NCBI GenBank assembly: GCA_963786145.1
Contig: CAWAYB010000002.1
Span: 226,268 to 290,267, forward strand
Source: an uncultured Chloroflexia bacterium
Lineage (GTDB): Bacteria; Chloroflexota; Anaerolineae; Promineifilales; Promineifilaceae
Length of the DNA stretch: 64,000 nucleotides
Direction: 5' to 3'
A program made the position numbers and the translations under genes. Under the pieces are notes generated by a model that saw nothing but the letters and a program-made list of their open reading frames with translations, did no database searches and had not been told where the DNA came from. How positions within the stretch are numbered: position 1 is the stretch's first letter; the number at the start of each line of letters is the position of its first letter. Positions 61,715 to 64,000 of this stretch are shown piece by piece.

Positions 61715-64000
61715 TTGGAAATCGGTACGGTAAACAACATCGATATTGACGAGGAAATGCGCACATCGTACCTCGATTACGCCATGAGCGTCATCGTCGC
61801 GCGCGCGCTGCCCGATGCCCGCGATGGGCTTAAGCCGGTACACCGGCGCATTCTCTATGCCATGTACGACATGGGCATCCGTCACAATACTCCCCACCGC
61901 AAAAGCGCCCGTATTGTTGGTGAAGTGCTGGGCAAGTACCACCCCCATGGGGATACATCCGTCTATGACGCTATGGTGCGCATGGCCCAGGATTTCTCCA
62001 TGCGCTACATGCTGGTTGACGGTCAGGGAAACTTCGGCAGTATTGACGGCGACAGCGCCGCCGCTATGCGTTACACCGAAGCGCGGCTGGCCCGCATTTC
62101 CAATGAGCTGCTTGAAGACATAGACAAAGACACCGTCGATTGGGGAGCTAACTTCGATGACAGTCTGCAAGAGCCTGACCTGCTGCCTGCGCGCCTGCCC
62201 AATCTCCTGCTCAACGGCTCTTCGGGCATCGCCGTGGGTATGGCGACAAACATCCCGCCCCACAACCTTGCCGAAATCAGTGATGCCCTGATCTATCTAA
62301 TCGATCGGCAGGACGACGCTGACGAAGTTACTCTGGACGAGTTGATGGAGTTTGTCAAAGGCCCGGACTTTCCTACCGGCGGCATCGTGGTTGGCACCGA
62401 GGGGATTCGTAACGCCTTTGCCACCGGACGCGGCCGTATTATCATTCGCGCCGTAGCCACCATTGAAGAAAACCCGCGCCATCCCGGTCGCCAGCAGATC
62501 AACGTCACTGAGCTGCCCTTCCAGGTCAACAAGTCGCTGCTCATTGAACGCATCGCCGAACTGGTGAACAAGGGCGTCCTTTCCGATATATCGGACCTGC
62601 GCGACGCCTCCGACAGGCGTGGCATTTCCATCGTCATCGAGCTGAAACGCGGCACCCAACCCATGAAAGTGCTCAACCAGCTCTACAAACACACCAGCCT
62701 GCAAACCACCTTCGGCGTGCAGATGTTGGCCCTGGTTGACCGCCAACCGCGCCTGCTTTCCCTGAAACGCGCGCTGCAAATCCATATCGACCACCGCATA
62801 GAGGTTATTACCCGGCGCACTCGTTTCGAAATGGACAAAGCGCTGGCCAGACAACACATCCTGGAGGGCCTGCTCATCGCCCTGGATAATCTGGACGAAG
62901 TGATCAGGACCATTCGTGAATCCGAAAGTGTTGATGATGCGCGCGCCAGCCTGATGGCCGATTTCAACCTCAGTGAACTGCAAGCAAACGCCATCCTCGA
63001 TACCCAGTTGCGCCGCCTTGCCGCCATGGAACGGCAGAAGATCGTAGATGAACATCGGGAGATTTCCGAGCATATTGTCTATCTCCGCAGCCTCCTTGCC
63101 GATCAAAAGCTGATTCTTGGCCTCATCAAAGAAGACTTGGCAGCGCTGAAAGATAGTTATGGCGATGCGCGCCGAACCGAAATCGCCGTTGGCATGGATG
63201 CAGACTTCAATATGGAAGACCTCATCCGTGACGAAGATGTGTTTATTTCTATTACCAGACGCGGCTATGTGAAACGCACTCCCGTCGCCGCCTATCGCAA
63301 ACAGGCACGGGGTGGGAAAGGTCTGATTGGCATGAGCACGCGCGGCGAGGATGAACTGGAGCACCTCTTCTCGGCGGGAACGCTGAACAGCATTCTCTTC
63401 TTCTCCGACTACGGTAAGGTCTATTCGATCAAGGCCTACGAAATTCCGGAAATGGACCGTACCGCCAAGGGCAACTCGCTCATGAACATCCTGCCCCTGA
63501 TGCCGGAGGAGAAGATCACGGCCGCGCTGCCCGTCCACAGCTTTGAAGACGCTCAGTATCTGACCATGATTACACGCAAAGGCAGGATCAAGCGCGTCGG
63601 CATCGAAGCATTCGAGAAAGTGCGCCCAAGCGGTCTGATAGCTCTTTCCCTGGATGATGATGACCGACTAGGTTGGGTAAAGTTGACCCATGGCGAACAG
63701 GATCTGATCATCGTCAGCGAACAGGGCAAAGGCATCCGCTTCAGCGAAGAAGATGTGCGCGAAATGGGGCGTGGAGCGGCCGGTGTGAACGCTATGCGCC
63801 TGGACACCTGGGATAATATCGCCGGGGCTGATGTGGTTGAGCCTGGTGACGACCTCTTCGTCATTACAGAAAAAGGCTATGGCAAGCGCACTGACCTTGA
63901 CGAATACCGCCAGCAAAATCGCTATGGCCAGGGTGTTCGCGCGATGATCCTTGATCCCCAGCGCACGGGCAAAATCGTCGGCGCGCGGGTTGTAGCCAGC
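61715..64000 (+). CDS. gyrA: DNA gyrase subunit A, N-terminal 762 codons (3' end outside the window)
   Basis: Not in the ORF track because there is no stop inside the window. My hand translation from TTG at 61715 (AGGGAGG lies 5 nt upstream) gives ...[36 protein letters not shown]...[26 protein letters not shown]. The frame stays open to 64000. Confidence 0.9.
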   Translation, partial: MEIGTVNNIDIDEEMRTSYLDYAMSVIVARALPDARDGLKPVHRRILYAMYDMGIRHNTPHRKSARIVGEVLGKYHPHGDTSVYDAMVRMAQDFSMRYMLVDGQGNFGSIDGDSAAAMRYTEARLARISNELLEDIDKDTVDWGANFDDSLQEPDLLPARLPNLLLNGSSGIAVGMATNIPPHNLAEISDALIYLIDRQDDADEVTLDELMEFVKGPDFPTGGIVVGTEGIRNAFATGRGRIIIRAVATIEENPRHPGRQQINVTELPFQVNKSLLIERIAELVNKGVLSDISDLRDASDRRGISIVIELKRGTQPMKVLNQLYKHTSLQTTFGVQMLALVDRQPRLLSLKRALQIHIDHRIEVITRRTRFEMDKALARQHILEGLLIALDNLDEVIRTIRESESVDDARASLMADFNLSELQANAILDTQLRRLAAMERQKIVDEHREISEHIVYLRSLLADQKLILGLIKEDLAALKDSYGDARRTEIAVGMDADFNMEDLIRDEDVFISITRRGYVKRTPVAAYRKQARGGKGLIGMSTRGEDELEHLFSAGTLNSILFFSDYGKVYSIKAYEIPEMDRTAKGNSLMNILPLMPEEKITAALPVHSFEDAQYLTMITRKGRIKRVGIEAFEKVRPSGLIALSLDDDDRLGWVKLTHGEQDLIIVSEQGKGIRFSEEDVREMGRGAAGVNAMRLDTWDNIAGADVVEPGDDLFVITEKGYGKRTDLDEYRQQNRYGQGVRAMILDPQRTGKIVGARVVAS

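Noticed and set aside
62297-63538. 413-aa minus-strand ORF (and the neighbours 61634..62263 and 62683..63027)
   Set aside because: They are antisense to gyrA, whose plus-strand frame translates into unmistakable GyrA sequence and stays open to the window end. These are shadow ORFs.
1-64000. The idea that the 61 kb between gyrB and gyrA is one inserted genomic island
   Set aside because: The interval contains core housekeeping genes (proBA, alaS, ruvX, mltG, the ccm genes). It carries the iterated ACGGCCGT palindrome throughout. Separated gyrB and gyrA genes are common, so there is no evidence for insertion.
1-64000. Search for rRNA, tRNA, tmRNA, RNase P RNA and CRISPR arrays
   Set aside because: I found no cloverleaf-like or conserved RNA signatures and no short regularly spaced repeats by eye in the intergenic regions. 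This is a weak negative that needs tRNAscan/Infernal to confirm.

Overview
This is a chromosomal segment bounded by the 3' end of gyrB (left edge) and the 5' part of gyrA (right edge, running off the window; I translated it by hand because the ORF track omits it).

- **Left third, housekeeping genes:** an acyl-CoA ligase, proB-proA, an HD hydrolase, a TPR lytic transglycosylase, mltG, ruvX and alaS. alaS has a promoter plus terminator leader. A single rve-type IS element sits next to that promoter.
- **16.6-30.3 kb, regulators and envelope genes:** an SDR enzyme, a MerR/GyrI-like regulator, and an envelope glycosylation cluster (two GT-C-type membrane proteins, a GT4 enzyme, two paralogous anchored surface proteins). 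This part also holds a membrane-spanning LuxR-HTH/Kelch regulator and an EthD-like protein.
- **30.3-36.4 kb, System I cytochrome c maturation operon:** ccmE (CxxxY variant), ccmF (split by a 1-nt frameshift), ccmH, a TlpA/CcmG thioredoxin, a zinc-ribbon protein and a dihaem c fusion.
- **38.9-61.4 kb, the main point of interest:** a NarL-type two-component system and a LysR regulator sit among a dense multihaem cytochrome island.
  - Six proteins carry 60 CxxCH motifs in total.
  - There are two paralogous octahaem/NrfC/NrfD modules and a 14-haem plus cytochrome b pair.
  - There is an internally duplicated decahaem lipoprotein.
  - An octahaem lipoprotein carries an N-terminal collagen-like (Gly-X-Y)11 stalk.
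  - A dodecahaem lipoprotein is interrupted by one in-frame TGA followed by a SECIS-like hairpin.
  - A six-rhodanese lipoprotein was built by tandem triplication.
- **Window-wide signal:** the 8-bp palindrome ACGGCCGT occurs about 46 times by hand count, against roughly 1-3 expected.

I saw no rRNA, tRNA or CRISPR. All functional calls come from reading the translations; no searches were run.
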